DNA from: Microbotryum violaceum
Taxonomy: Eukaryota
Direction of reading: 5' to 3'
DNA length: 64,000 bases
NCBI GenBank assembly: GCA_001244265.2
Contig: CDLV01000008.1
Location: 496,001 to 560,000 of the forward strand
Shown here: piece after piece, positions 37,401 through 52,812 of the stretch
Position numbering within the stretch: position 1 is the stretch's first letter
Layout of the letters: every line of letters starts with the position of its first letter
Translations under genes and position numbers: made by a program
Notes under the pieces: model-generated
What the model was told of the DNA's origin: nothing
Database searches by the model: none
What the model saw: the letters and a program-made list of their open reading frames with translations, nothing else

Positions 37401-39535
37401 CATCGTTTGCGGACCTGATCATGTTCGAAGACGTCGTGTATCCTTCCTATCGCGCCGCTTGCGCCGCTCGCGGACTTCTCGCCGACGATGGCGAGCATCA
37501 CATCTGTCTCAGGGAAGCTGCACAGATTGAAACCGGTGACCAACTACGCCGATTATTCGTGTTCATGCTCATCCATGCGACGGTTGCCAACCCACCAGCT
37601 TTGCTGGATCGTCACTTTGCTTCTCTTAGCGACGATGCCCGTTATCACATCGAACGCTATGAAGACGTGCCCGTCAACGATCAAACCATCCGCCTGTGGA
37701 CCCTCAACAAGATTCGTCTCCTCCTTGCGGCAAACGATCGAACTTTGGCCTTCTTTGATCTTCCCGAGCTGACCGAGGACGAAGTGCGGCTGTTTGATCG
37801 TCTCGAGGAACGGCTTCCCCGTTTTGATCGCCAGCAATGCGCGCAAGATGCCCAAGCGGCGCATGCCCGTCTGAACCACGACCAACGAATTGCATTTGAC
37901 GAGTGTCTTTGCGCGGTCGAGCTCGATGTCGTCGATCAGATGCGCGACAACAACCTTGGGCCGCAGCATGTGTTTTTCCTGCTAGCACCTGGGGGTACTG
38001 GCAAGACTTTTGTGGAAAATGCCCTTCTCGATACTGTGCGAGCTCGAGGCGACCAAGCGATTGCGGTGGCGTCGTCCGGAGTAGCGGCGTTGCTTCTCAA
38101 GGGAGGACACACGGCGCATTCAACTTTTCGAATCCCACTAGACACCTTGCCAACCTCGACGTGTCCAGTCGACAGGGAAAGTGATCTCGCGCTGATGCTG
38201 CGTACCACCAAGCTCATCATTTGGGATGAAGCCCCAATGGCGCATCGATTCGCGGTGGAAGCTGTCGACCGTTTACTGCGTGATCTCCGAGAGACCGAGG
38301 AGCACTTCGGCGGGGTGACAATGATCTTTGCGGGTCAGTTGGGCTCTTCCGCCTCCGCTCTGAACAGCGGCATGCTAACGAGGTTTCCAATTTGTAGGGG
38401 ACTTTCGCCAGTGCCTTCCTGTCGTTCCCAAAGGATCTCCCGTTCAAATCGTCGATGCATCCCTCATCAAGGCAGACTTCTGGCGCGACGTTCGTGTCTT
38501 GCGACTTACCGAGAACATGCGTCTCAGCTCGAACGCTGATGCGATGGACGAGGCTCAATTGGCTCGAACGCGCGACTTTGCGGAATGGCTACTTACCGTG
38601 GGAGATGGAACTGCCAACATGCACCCATACGACAAGATTGCAGTACGTTTGGCTCCCCTCTTTTACCCAACCAACCGACACTAAGACCCCTTCTATCCGT
38701 TTCGCAGCTGCCTGATTACCTGCTGCTTCCGGACGGTCAAAGAACGGCCGAAGGGTTGATCAACTTTGTCTACCCCGGTTTAAGGACCGTGAACAAGGAG
38801 TCCCTCGAAGACCTGATTCAGCTGTTCTCACGTCAGGCAATCCTAGCTCCGCATAGTGCAACGGTCGATCGCATCAATGCCAAGCTGCTGGAAGAGTTCA
38901 ATGGCGACTACATCGAGTATCGCAGCGCAGACGAGGTCGTTGAGGCAGGCGAAACTGGGGGTGGAATGGCGCCGGAACTGATTTCGCCAGAGTATCTACA
39001 TTCAATCAGCCCATCCAACTTCCCCGCGCATCACTTGCGTCTCAAGGAAGGGATCCCCGTCGTTCTTCTTCGCAATTTGGACCCAGACGCGGGCCTCTGC
39101 AACGGTACCCGCCTGATCGTGTCGCACGCAAGATCGAGAGTCATTCAAACCATCATCTTGACCGGAGATCGAGCGGGCACCACGGTCTTCATCCCTCGCG
39201 TGCGACTTGAGACAAATGCGACTGGCAGTCGCCAACTTGGTTTCACTATGCGCCGGCTGCAATTCCCGCTTCGCGTTGCCTTGGCCCTGACGATCAACAA
39301 AGCCCAAGGTCAATCACTCGATCGTGTTGGCGTCGATCTCTCCCTACATCCCGTCTTCACTCATGGGCAGCTGTATGTGGCATTGTCTCGAGCCATGAGT
39401 GTTGATCGAATCAAGGTGCTACTGCCCTCTCGCGACCCCGCCGATGATGACGACGACCTACAAGCCGTTGATCGAGCGGCAGCCGCAGCCACCGCGACCC
39501 CAAACCAGTATTCCGCTCTGTTCTCAGAGCAATGA
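34465..39535 (+). mobile_element. Helitron Rep-helicase gene (spliced; inactivated in its N-terminal part)
   Basis: Rep motifs FITVTCNPEWPEI, IEYQKRGLPHAHIL (HUH), YLFKYVYKG. Pif1 helicase motifs APGGTGKTF, IIWDEAPM, GDFRQCLPV, LCNGTRL, TINKAQGQSL, FTHGQLYVALSR. Introns 35795-35879, 38334-38397, 38643-38707. Element termini not resolved. Confidence 0.96.
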
Positions 39536-39879
39536 ATGGGGAATAGTTTTGAAGCTGTCCTTGGTGTTGTGTGTTTTACCTTCAACTGAGATCACGATTC
39601 TGCTATTTAATTTTCATCCTCCCGTTAATTTAACGGGTTCCCACTGGTTTGATACAAAAAGAAACTGTTTTTTTTTTGGCGTAGAAAATAAAATATGTGA
39701 TCAGGCTTAGTACAAATGTCAAATCGGACCCTCCGAACCCCAAACTGCGACTCAAAACTGGTACGCAACACCACAAAAAACATAGCAGATCGTTGAGGTA
39801 CGCCCACTGCAGGATGTGGTACAAATCGAATTGATCGAAGTAGGTCGACCTCGCACCTTGTCCAGCCGTTCTGGCGCGT

Positions 39880-40269
39880 AGCTAGCTATTAGCTGACTGA
39901 TCAAAGCGCACCGACCGCTGTTTAGCGGTCCATAAGTTCGAGCAAAATTGCACACGCGAGCCGATTGGAATGCCAAAAAGATGCACTTCAAGTGCACCAA
40001 GGCGCAATACAGACAGACGCTTCTTCGAGAATTGTACGCCTCCGGCTGTCATTCCATCGAGGTTCATGACTTTTGTTGAATAATGCGCGGGTGGTGCTAT
40101 TGGGGCGAATCTGATGCTGATGGAATGTTGGCTCGAATGTGGCGAATTCGGATACGGTGAGCGTTGCGGTCAGGTCAGGCCGGGTAAATTCGAACGCGAG
40201 AAGCTCGCCGACAGTGAGCTCGTCAACAGGAGACATAGCGGCGAGTTGCTCATCTGGAATCTCGTGCAC
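39880..40269 (-). pseudogene. Fragment resembling the N-terminus of the 58.9-kb protease-transposase gene
   Basis: DEQLAAMSPVDELTVGELLAFE...EPT-x7-P-x3-TR-x2-F aligns by eye with DDDFDRLSPLTNMTVAELLAFD...EPT-x7-P-x3-TR-x2-F. Confidence 0.6.
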
Positions 40270-40522
40270 ATCGTCTAAGAGCAGTTAAATTCGTGTATCT
40301 GGAGGGGCTGTTGTAGATGACATGCTGTCTTCTTAACCCTCAGCGAGGGCACGTAAGGAAGTGCGCAGAACGTACGATGACCGCGACGTGGCACAAGGTG
40401 AGAGCGGTCAGAGCTTCAGAGGCTGTCAGGGGTGTCTATTGGCATTTGTTTCACTTCCCGCGCCTTTGTCTTGGTGAGCGTGAAGCGCATTTTTTGGTAT
40501 TAGGATCAGCTAGCGCGTCCGA

Positions 40523-40680
40523 TTTTGATTTCTTTGTTTGATAGATTTCATGACGATGTAATGATCTTAATACCCTTTGGAAAAGTCGGAGGGAATGCAG
40601 TTAAGCACACTGGCTAGGCCAGTATTGTCTGGCTAGGCCAGTATTGTGGGAATCGTTGACCTGAATCAGAATCAATCGTA
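40523..40680 (-). mobile_element. Solo 3'-end copy of the LINE family
   Basis: 28-nt identity (40587-40614 vs 3204-3231) plus flanking similarity and its own A-rich tail. Internal 19-bp duplication CTGGCTAGGCCAGTATTGT. Confidence 0.85.
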
Positions 40681-41199
40681 GCAAACCCGCTCGATAAACC
40701 ATGAGTAAAACCACCCGCAAAAAAAAACGGGCCAAACTTGCTAAACCCCAAATCCCAATCATAAACTATGATCCAAGCAGATCCCACTGCTCCCCCCTAC
40801 TTCCCAAGTACAGTAATCCTCGGGGTACTCCTATGCATGCCATGGCTGGGCTTTCCCGGTCCCCCCCAGTCTAACAGAGTCTATCTAGCCTATAGTGTAG
40901 CCAGGTGTAGCCCAGTCTCACGCGCGAGTTTCTGGTGGGCGCTGGCACGTCGCCGCCTGTCCCGTGTCCCGTGTCCCGTCCTACCACCCCCACCGACGTG
41001 TCAGCTGGTGTCTGTCTTTGTGACCGTGCGACCAACCCGAGCCGTGTGCGCGTGATTGGCTTTGGAGGCTGGTCTCGAGTGCTACTTGGAGAGCTATTGA
41101 TCCGAGTGCGCCGTCATCGATTCGCATTGGACCCAGCCCACTGCCACGTCCTCCCGCTCCCACTTCGCTCCCACTTGATCACATCTTGGGCTGCCCATC

Positions 41200-44043
<2,844 letters not shown>

Positions 44044-45349
44044 GTCCTACAGAAACGGAACGAGAACATGTAGATTCGGAAAAACCCGAGGTCGGCGAGC
44101 CATGGTCGGAAACACCTGGTCCTGTCTCGTCTCGGTTTGAACTGTTTGTTTATGTGTTTGCTCTGTCCTCCACCCCCTTCTTTTCGGCTTCTATTTACAT
44201 TTAAACCTACCCTTGCTCGACCGTGCTTTTCTGACGAAATGCGATGCCGACTTAAAACGCGCACAACCCCTCTGCTTGAGAGTCACTACTATTTGCTAAC
44301 AGTGCACTCGTGTCAAACTGCAGAGGTGAGCGGACCTTAGTCAGGCCAGAAACCTTGTCTACTCCCTACCCACCAATACTCACCTACCCCGGTGCAAGTG
44401 ACCACTATGGGACCTTTCTCCCGTGTGAAGCTCGTTGTATGCAACTGCGGGACGGCCCCGAGCTCCGAGCCCAGCTTTGGGTGATGCCGCTGATTTCTGA
44501 TAGCCGCAGCGTTACGATTATCGGACGGTGATCGGCAGACTCGGCTCCATCGACAGCAAAAAAAACGGATGCAGCGCATGGTATTGGGTCGCTCAATAGG
44601 ACGCCCCACAACCAGTCCCGACCGATAGAGAAGCTTCGCGAGAATCTGACTCCCACCAGCGGCTCGATGCATGCGGCCAGGAACCGGAGAGCATCAAGCT
44701 TGGCAGGGCAATTTTGCTGGCACTCTAGCGCCTGGCTAGCTTTGCTCGCTGGGCGCGCGACGAGATGAGCTTCGCGCTTGTTCTCAAAGCGTGCCGCATG
44801 CTGCCGGTTCGCTGTTTTGTTTGTAGGCGTGCTTCTTGGAGAACGACTTTCCGAAGTGTGCATGTGCTGATCCTAATCATCGAGGGGCAGCTAGGCACGT
44901 TGTCGAGCATTCGGGACAGAGAGACACCTCTTCGTTGGCGCATTTCACCTACTCTCGTTTTCGGGCCCCCCTTCTTTGTCCTACTACGGTCGTCCCGATC
45001 GGCTCCCGCAAAACCTTGCCGGTTCTGATTCGGGCATCTCTCGGCGGCGCCGCGGTCGTGCGACGCGTCCCTGTTCACACTTTGAACCCGATCGATACGT
45101 CTACCGAGGACCTCGCTGAGTGGTTTTTTGGGTGCGTCTGGATCAGAATGGACTCGTCTACCTTGATGTAGACACGACCTTACAGAGCCTCGTCCCGATC
45201 GCTTTCCTTCCAGCTTTTCGGGGTTCGGGATTCAATTTCGAGTCTGAGGCTGCTCGGTGCACGACGACAAAACCCGAAGCACTACGATCCTGGAGCTGTA
45301 CTCTCATCCTGCGACTGCGCACGACACGAAGCGTCGTCCTCGCCCGGCC

Positions 45350-47937
45350 ATGAACGAAACGACATCCACCGTGATGTTTGACCTCGACTTGGAACGACAG
45401 GATGCGCATCAGAACGCGACGCAGCGGCCGTACGACCGCGATGACAGGGAGGACGAGTGGAGCAATACGCGCCACGGGGCCCGTGCGGCGGCGGCGGCGG
45501 CTCCCTCGCCCACGGCCGCATTTCTGCCTCAGACATTTGGCCCATTCGCGCCGCTCCCCCCTTCCCACATCAACCAAACGTGGTCAGCCACCACCGTCGA
45601 CCTGGCTTCATCGACCGCGTCCACGTCGTCATCGCCGAGCGCCCTTGGCTCGAGCGTGAGCAGCCACGCGTCGCACCCGCTGCTCGACACGCCAACGACC
45701 TCGAAAACGACTTCGTCGACACGGACCTCGCCTTCGGCCTCGCCGCGTGCCTCGCCCGTGCCACTGCAAGACCACGCAAAACACACCCCCAACGTGACCA
45801 ACTCGGCAAACCTCGGGTCGAATAGTCCAAGTCTGGGGCCCGGTGCGGGTGCCTCGGAAGGTCCGACCGGCAACGGCAACGCGACTGGGGGTGGTGGCAC
45901 TAGTGGGAGAGGGCGGCCTTCGAGTCTTTACATCCCCATGGACGACGATCGACCAATGGGGCTCGGTGGGAATGGATTCAGTGACCATTCGGGACAGACC
46001 AGCTCGACATGGCCTTTCGGTAACGGGTCGCACTACGTGTCGTCGCCGCCGTGCGAGCCATATCCGATGACGCCCTCGGCGATCCATCCGTCCTACGCTG
46101 ACATCGACGCGAGGGTGTCGTCGGGCTCAGGCTCGCTCGCACTCGCCAACTCGCACTCGAGTTCATCCTCCAACGGCTTCGTCGCCGCCGCCGCTGCAGC
46201 TTCTTCCGCAGCTTTCGCGTCCATCACCGGCACCAAGGAACATCTCTACTCCGCCATTCCCGTCGCCGCGGCGTCCCCGGATCGCAACGCGCGGAGCAGC
46301 TCCCCGATGCGGAACGCACAGAACGGCAAACATCAGGGCACGTTCAGTTCGTCAATCTCGACCTCGAAAGGGGCCAGCATCACCGGCCCGCGCCACACCC
46401 CGACATTTTCGGTCGGTACTCACTCGTTACTCTCCTCAAGATCAGGCTCGACCACGTCCCGGTTAACCCAACACTTGGACTCGGTGAGTTGCTCGAGTCT
46501 CGGACGCGCCGCGGCGAACCTAAGTCAGTCTTGGCGGTGACTGATATACACTTGTCCTTCTTCTATTGTGGTCCACGATGGACTTCGTTGTTCTCCATGT
46601 CTGCGCCTATTCGAAATCCCATGTTCGACTTCGTCTCCTTCAGCCGCCAGCATGGTTGCTGCTGTACTTTGGGTTTAACCTGGGTACGTGTCACTGGGGG
46701 GGGGGCTCCTCTCGATAACCCTCCGCATCCCTTTCTCCAGAGCACTGATCAAATCGAGGCCGCTCCTATTGCCCCCACAGGCCTTACACTGTTCAACAAA
46801 TTGGTTTTGCAAGGCTTTCCCTTCCCTTGGACGCTCACAGCGATTCAGATGCTGTCAGGCACGGTCGGCACCCAGATCGCCCTTTTCCAAGGCTACTTCA
46901 CCCAAGCCCGCCTCACAACACGCGAAGGGCTTGTCATGATCGCCTTCTCTGTGCTCTACACGGTCAACATCGCCGTATCCAACATCAGTCTCGGACTCGT
47001 CACTGTGCCGGTTCGTTTGACACATCGGTTTCCGGTCTGCATCCGAATTTGAGAGTGTTGACCGTTGAGAACTCGTTACTCTGTCTCTCATTAGTTCCAC
47101 CAAGTTGTCCGCGCCATGACACCTCTCTTCACCATCATCATCGCAGCGGTCTTGCAAGGCAAACGTCATTCTCGCGACACGTATCTCTCCCTCTTGCCCG
47201 TCGTCGCCGGTGTGGCCTTTGCTACCTACGGCGACTACTCCTTCACCGCTTGGGGCTTCATTCTCACGCTGCTGGGGACCTTGCTCGCCGCGCTCAAGAC
47301 AATCACTACGAACCGTGTTCAGGTGGGGCGGCTGAAGCTACATCCGCTCGACCTCTTGATTCGTATGTCGCCGCTCGCCTTCGTCCAATGCGTCGTTGCT
47401 GGCTACCTCTCGGGTGAACTGGACAAGGTGCGAATCTATGGCGCAACGGAGATGACGAGGCACAAGGCCATGGCTTTAGCGACGAATGGTGCGATTGCAT
47501 TCGGATTGAACGTCGTCAGTTTCACGGCAAATAAGAAGACGAGCGCCTTGACGATGACCGTAGCTGGTAAGCTGTCTGTTTTTAAGCATTCGCTCGAACT
47601 CTGCGTGTCGAGGCCATAGTACTGACGCTGCAGGCACTCTCTTCGCGTCGAACAGCCAACGTCAAACAAGTTCTAACAATCGGCCTGGCGGTCCTCATCT
47701 TCAACGTCACGCTAAACCTGATGAATGTCTTTGGCATCATCTTGACTCTTGGAGGTGGAGCTTGTGAGTTCGCATCCGTCACGACGAGATGATTATAGCC
47801 AGCTTGCTCACATGCGCCGACAAACACCGTCTGCTACAGGGTACGCATTCGTCGAATTCAAAGAGAAAAACAATAGGAACAACAACGCGATTCAACCGCC
47901 GACGCGATCTGGACAGGCGGAGATGGAAAAGTTATGA
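45350..47937 (+). CDS. Triose-phosphate/nucleotide-sugar transporter (TPT/DMT family) with long S/T-rich N-terminus
   Basis: LTLFNKLVL..FPFPWTLT, FSVLYTVNIAVSNISLGLVTVP|FHQVVRAMTPLF, LHPLDLLIRMSPLA, NVVSFTANKKTSALTMTVA|ANVKQ. Confidence 0.9.
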
Positions 47938-48244
47938 CTGCGCTCGATCGTGACAGCTTTCTCCTGCTTCTCAGCCCACAATGATATCTCCACGCTCCCA
48001 TTCCGTTCGTTATTATCTTCTTTCGGGTTGGCCCCGAGAGGAACAGATACCGTAGACATGAAATCTTACTGTGCTTGTATTATCGCAAACTATTTTCACT
48101 ACTTTCCTTTGTCCCCGGGGAGCCTGGGCTGGGAGCCCGTCCATGCACCGGACACGCGAATTGCAATGCATATGTGATAGCCCAGGTGTGGTTCCTTACA
48201 ACAGCTTCTATAACAAAAACATTCACGCTATGACTATTCATCTA

Positions 48245-50104
48245 TCATCTTCTTTGGAACCGATCACATTCCGTAGCCCGTAAGAACCATTCGGCCCAAA
48301 CCTCCTCCCCATCCTCAGTTGACCCAGTCGTCGCCGATCCCGACCGGTCACCATTCCCAGTCCCGCTCGCAGGTCTGTGGCTATGCCCCCGACTGGGATC
48401 GGTGCTGAACCCGGCCGAACCAAATTCTTTACCTTGGTGATGGCCGGCGAGTGAAGGGATCTGGGCCGAAGCCAGACGTATCTCGGTCTGTAGCGTTTGT
48501 CGCGAGGCGCTGTAGTCTAGAATGGAGAAAAACTGCATTTCCGTCAAAGGACTGGTCAGGACGGGCCGGCGATCTTCGGGAGAGATTGGTTTAAGAAACT
48601 CGGAAGGAAGACGCGTGTATCGATGAGCTGTAGAGGAAGGTCGAGCGTCGAGGGTGCATCGAAGGATATGGATCCGGATCTCGATGGGCAGGTGCTGGAA
48701 AGCGAAATGGTCTCGAGCCGGTGCGAACTCGAGCCTCGAATTAGGTGATGATGTCGAGGATGGTGATCGATCCGTGGCTTGTGATATGGCTGGAATCCCG
48801 TGTGACTGCTGACCGAAAAGAACACGGGCTTTGGCGAGCAGCCCAAGAGCGGCGAGACGAGTTTCCTTGAGCACGGTCTTGTTCATCTCCTTCGCTCGCT
48901 CGAATCGATCCTTGAGGCTCTCTCTTTCTTCGTCCGTCTCTTCATCTTCAGCTTCCAACTCTGCAATCACGTCTGCCCAGACCGTTTGCTCCGCTTCGCC
49001 GAGCTCGTTTGCAAATAATTCGACGTGAACAAGTGACGGCGCTCTCCCCGTCGCGACAGACCGTAAGATGCGACGAACGCCAGCTTCGCTGAGCCCATTG
49101 CCATTGAGACCGAGGGCTTGCAGCCGTCCTCCACCGATCGGTGATTCCAACCAACGAGCCAGAGGTTGGGCACAATCGGGTGTGAGCTTGCACACCGAGA
49201 GGTGCAGTTGGGAGAGCTGAGATGGGTTCTCCGTGCCGAGCCGGAGATGCTGGAGGAGGTTGAGCAACCCTGAAGACGAGATCGTCGGATTGTTGGTCAG
49301 GGAGAGACATCGGAGCGAGGACGAAGGGGACGACAGGCACGACCCAAGGAAAGCAGCTAGCGAGGGCGAGAGCTGGAAGTCGTTGGCGGTGAGATAAAGA
49401 TGAGTCACCGTCGGCGGATGCGGCGAGGGTTGTAGCAGGTTGAGCGCCAGAAGATGGAACGACACGTCCGTAAGATTGTTTCCGGATAGATTTATCTCCT
49501 GGGCAATATAATGCAGAGTCATTTGTTCAATGCAAAACTTTCAAATGAACTGTGGTGCATCCCACCTTGAGGCAAGCGCCGACCCCCCGGGACCGTAGCC
49601 CCTTTAGGCCACGTGTTATCGCCATGATGCCATGGTCGCCAAGTTTGTTTGAGCTCTGTGGATGAGCACACTTAGCACTCAGTGTTCAATCTCATCCACC
49701 TCCATAAGTCAGTGGCCACCGCATCTGCGTCGGTGCCGAAGGAAGGTACACCAGACCTGGCTGAACTGGCCCCCACATCGAGCATCGGTATCGACACCGC
49801 GAGGACATCGGATGGGCACGCAGCTCACCAGATTGACCGTTTCGACGCCTGGTGATCGCTCCAGCGCGGCCAGGAATACCTGCGCTCCTCGATCACCGTA
49901 CAGGTCGTGGTCGAACAGGTCCAGTCGCTTGGTGGTGCCAACGTGTTTGGCCCGTAGCCGCTCCCACTCCCACTCGCGTGAGCCGTCGACGAAGCTACTC
50001 GACGAAGTGGCGAAGGAGGCGTAGCGCCGGATCGGCGTCGCCAACTGACGAAAGAAGGAGGCCAACTCGCTTCCTGGGCTTGAGAAGCGGTCGTACGCCG
50101 ACAT
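48245..50104 (-). CDS. RNI-like leucine-rich repeat protein
   Basis: Repeated LxxLxLxxN units (INLSGNNLTD, LYLTANDF, LSLTNNP, LGLNGNGLSE). Two introns; the start is inferred. Confidence 0.75.
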
Positions 50105-51384
50105 GACGCAGGTGAGCCAGGGTCGGCACTCCTTGGTAGGCTCGCGGGAAGCGGGAGAACGAAGCACGAGAGCTACGAGAGTCGGCGGCTCACGACACAT
50201 CCTCGTCGTTCGGAGATTACGTGACTGAATGGTTCTGGCGGCTGCACTGGCCATGAATCTAGATACAACGTATATCAAAATATAGATATGCCATCTAGTG
50301 GACTATCTGACGGCGGAATTAATCGCCCCCGGGCCGCTTTTGACCCCTGATCGGCAAGCGCGCCGCGGAACTCAATCGCCTCTCACGGGCCCAGTAGAGT
50401 AGCATCAAAATATCTCAAAGGCTCCTTTTGTCTTTGGTTCCTGTTCGAACCGGTCAAATCGACAACACAACACGACCTGGACGGCGTTCGAACAGCTTCC
50501 CCGGGGCCTCGCGGAGGAAATTTGAGATTCGTTCCCTGAGCTGCTAGCAGCTCGTGTTGCCAGGCGTTGAGTCCAGACCCTTAACAGATTCTCCGTGTAA
50601 CTGATGATTCGTTCTCAACAGGCTCTCGCTATCCAAGAAAGGTTGCAAGAGAGAGCTTGTTTTTAGGTTAGTTTTACCGGTGTCATAAATTGCCACCTTT
50701 TCGCCCAGTACTACACATGATGATTTTTATATTTGTTTGTTTGTTCTACCGGGGCTCACGATTTACAATCCTTCGTGTTGGCTGGGACCGCTCCCTACAA
50801 AGAGAGCTAAAGGGGTTCTAAGCAATGACGACTCGGACGCGACAGGCTGCGTTCTTACGTGCTCGGTCTGGTTCTTAGTACGTGCTCGGTCTGGCACTCC
50901 CCGAGTCGACGACGCCGATCAGGACTACCTCGACTTGGCCCTCGACGACGCTAGTAGCTCGTTTCGAAGTTTATCGAACTAAAAGTTTTCACAGCTTTGA
51001 GCCCGCACTCAAATGTCACAACTTCTACGACGGGACGTCTTCTTTCCCGTGCTCTGGCTCGTGCAAGAGCTTGTTTTTCTTCTCGCTTGTAGCAATAGCA
51101 GCCGAAGCAATAGCATATTTTCCATCTCAGAAACAAAGCTTGCAATCTACGCTTGAATGACAGGAATTATCGACGCGAAGGTGACGGGAGCAAGGACGCT
51201 CTGGGGCCGCGGTCCGGGATTTCGTTCGTTTTCGATCATCATGGGCCAGTACATCTTGTTCGCGAGTGGATCGCACAGCACGATTGAGTCAAGTCAAGTT
51301 TCTGTGCAGAGTTCCCAAGCCTCGCAGATGCCGTCGATGCAGAACTGCTCTGTGTTACAACAGGTGCCGAAAAAGTGACTGAAT

Positions 51385-52579
51385 TCAACCGAGTCGACTA
51401 TAGTGGTCAAAATAGATCTAAGAAGGGTACAAAAGCGCGGTGTCAGTACTTGCGAAAGTAAGCGGTTGCTCTTTCGACTTGCCGTGTATTCCTCCGGCGT
51501 CTTATTGGTGAGAAACGGCCGCGCGGGGACGAGGTCAGTCAGGTTCAAAAGTCATGTATTCCCCAGCCAGTGCTTGAGAACTTACCATCGCCTCCGTGTG
51601 TGCCTCGGTGATCTGGTCGAACGCGATCTGGAGTTCGCCGACGGTGATGAGCGGGTTAGGGTCCTCGACCTCGTCAAAGTCATCGTCGTCGTCGTCATCC
51701 TCGTGATCGTCGCCACCAGCAACGTCACCTCCACCTCCACTTTTATCGTCAGTTCTGCCCGCATCCGCATCTCCCTTCACGACATCTTCGACCCTGAACT
51801 TTTTACTGCGATCGGCGATGTTGGAACCATCGGTGTCTTCACGAGCTCGTTTGACTGCGTGCGGGAGCGGAGAGTCGGTCGCGGCGACGGGGGTCGCAGA
51901 TCCTTCCAGCGCCGCGGGCGTCGCGAGCGGCGAGAAGAGGGGCGATCGCTCGACACTCGTGGTCGTCGCTGCTGGTGGCGGTACATTGTTAGCGACCATG
52001 CGGGCATAGTACGCGTCGAGATCGTCTTCTTCTGGGTCCTGCCCTGCATGTGACTCTCCCTCGACACCCGCGCCCACAGTTGCTGCCGTCGTGGGCGTCG
52101 GCTGGCCTTCTTCCGCTGCCGCCGACGATGCTGCATCGAGCCCGAGCCGAGGTTTCATGTCATCCGACTGCGCAGGATGGTAAACCGGTGCCTCTCTCGC
52201 CTCGACCGTGACGGTCGAGTTGGCGATCCAGGTTGGTAACTGGTTCTGCTGTCGCTTTTCCTCCTTTTCAGCCTCGCGCTTCAAGCGCTCTATCTCTTCG
52301 TCTTCGTCGCCGGCGATCTGGACGTTCACGTTAGCGGGCCGGTGGCTGTCACCGGAGCCGTGGGTAACGTTGCGAGCCTTATCGGCGTCCTTCGCGGCCA
52401 ACCACTCTTCAATGTCGAACCTATGGGACCGTGAAGAACGAGGCGACCATGACGAGTGATCAGGGCTCGGTGACCGTCTACTTTGAAAGGAACCCACCAC
52501 GAGTAAGCTGCCAGAAGACTGACCTCGGCAAGACACCTTCTTCTATGCTCCTCAGCAGCTCGCTCACGGTCTTGGTCTG
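51385..52579 (-). pseudogene. TFA1: TFIIE alpha subunit (Tfa1), C-terminal half only
   Basis: QTKTVSELLRSIEEGVLP|RFDIEEWL...EKRQQNQLPTWIANSTV...DPNPLITVG...TEAM|TPEEYT|IYFDHY. No start codon, and no winged-helix or zinc-ribbon region upstream. Confidence 0.7.
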
Positions 52580-52704
52580 ACACAGCACTGCCCCAGGAGG
52601 CCCCTACCGCCCCGTCCTGCACCGTACGTTCTCGTACGGGGCTCACACAGCACTGCCCCAGGAGGCCCCCTACCGCCCCGTACTGCCCCGTACGTTCTCG
52701 TACG
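52580..52704. repeat. Two near-identical ~60-bp GC-rich units (65-bp period), each ending in a CGTACG-TTCT-CGTACG hairpin
   Basis: ACACAGCACTGCCCCAGGAGGCCCC(C)TACCGCCCCGT...CGTACGTTCTCGTACG at 52580 and 52645. Confidence 0.92.
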
Positions 52705-52812
52705 ATCGCGCTATAACCGCGAATATGAGCCCGTTCGCGTTCGGTGATTTTTCGTCTCTCCACCACTTGCCGTCACCCCATCCGCACTCGCTCATCTCTG
52801 GCATCTTTTGAA

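Noticed and set aside
39914-39931. GACCGCT/AGCGGTC hairpin as the Helitron 3' terminator
   Set aside because: Not followed by CTRR at the expected distance; the terminus is left unresolved.
50490-50760. RNase MRP/P or telomerase RNA assignment (CTTCCCCGG...CGGGGCTCAC; ACCCTTAAC)
   Set aside because: The CR-I GARA motif is missing and the template does not match TTAGGG; kept only as an unassigned structured region.
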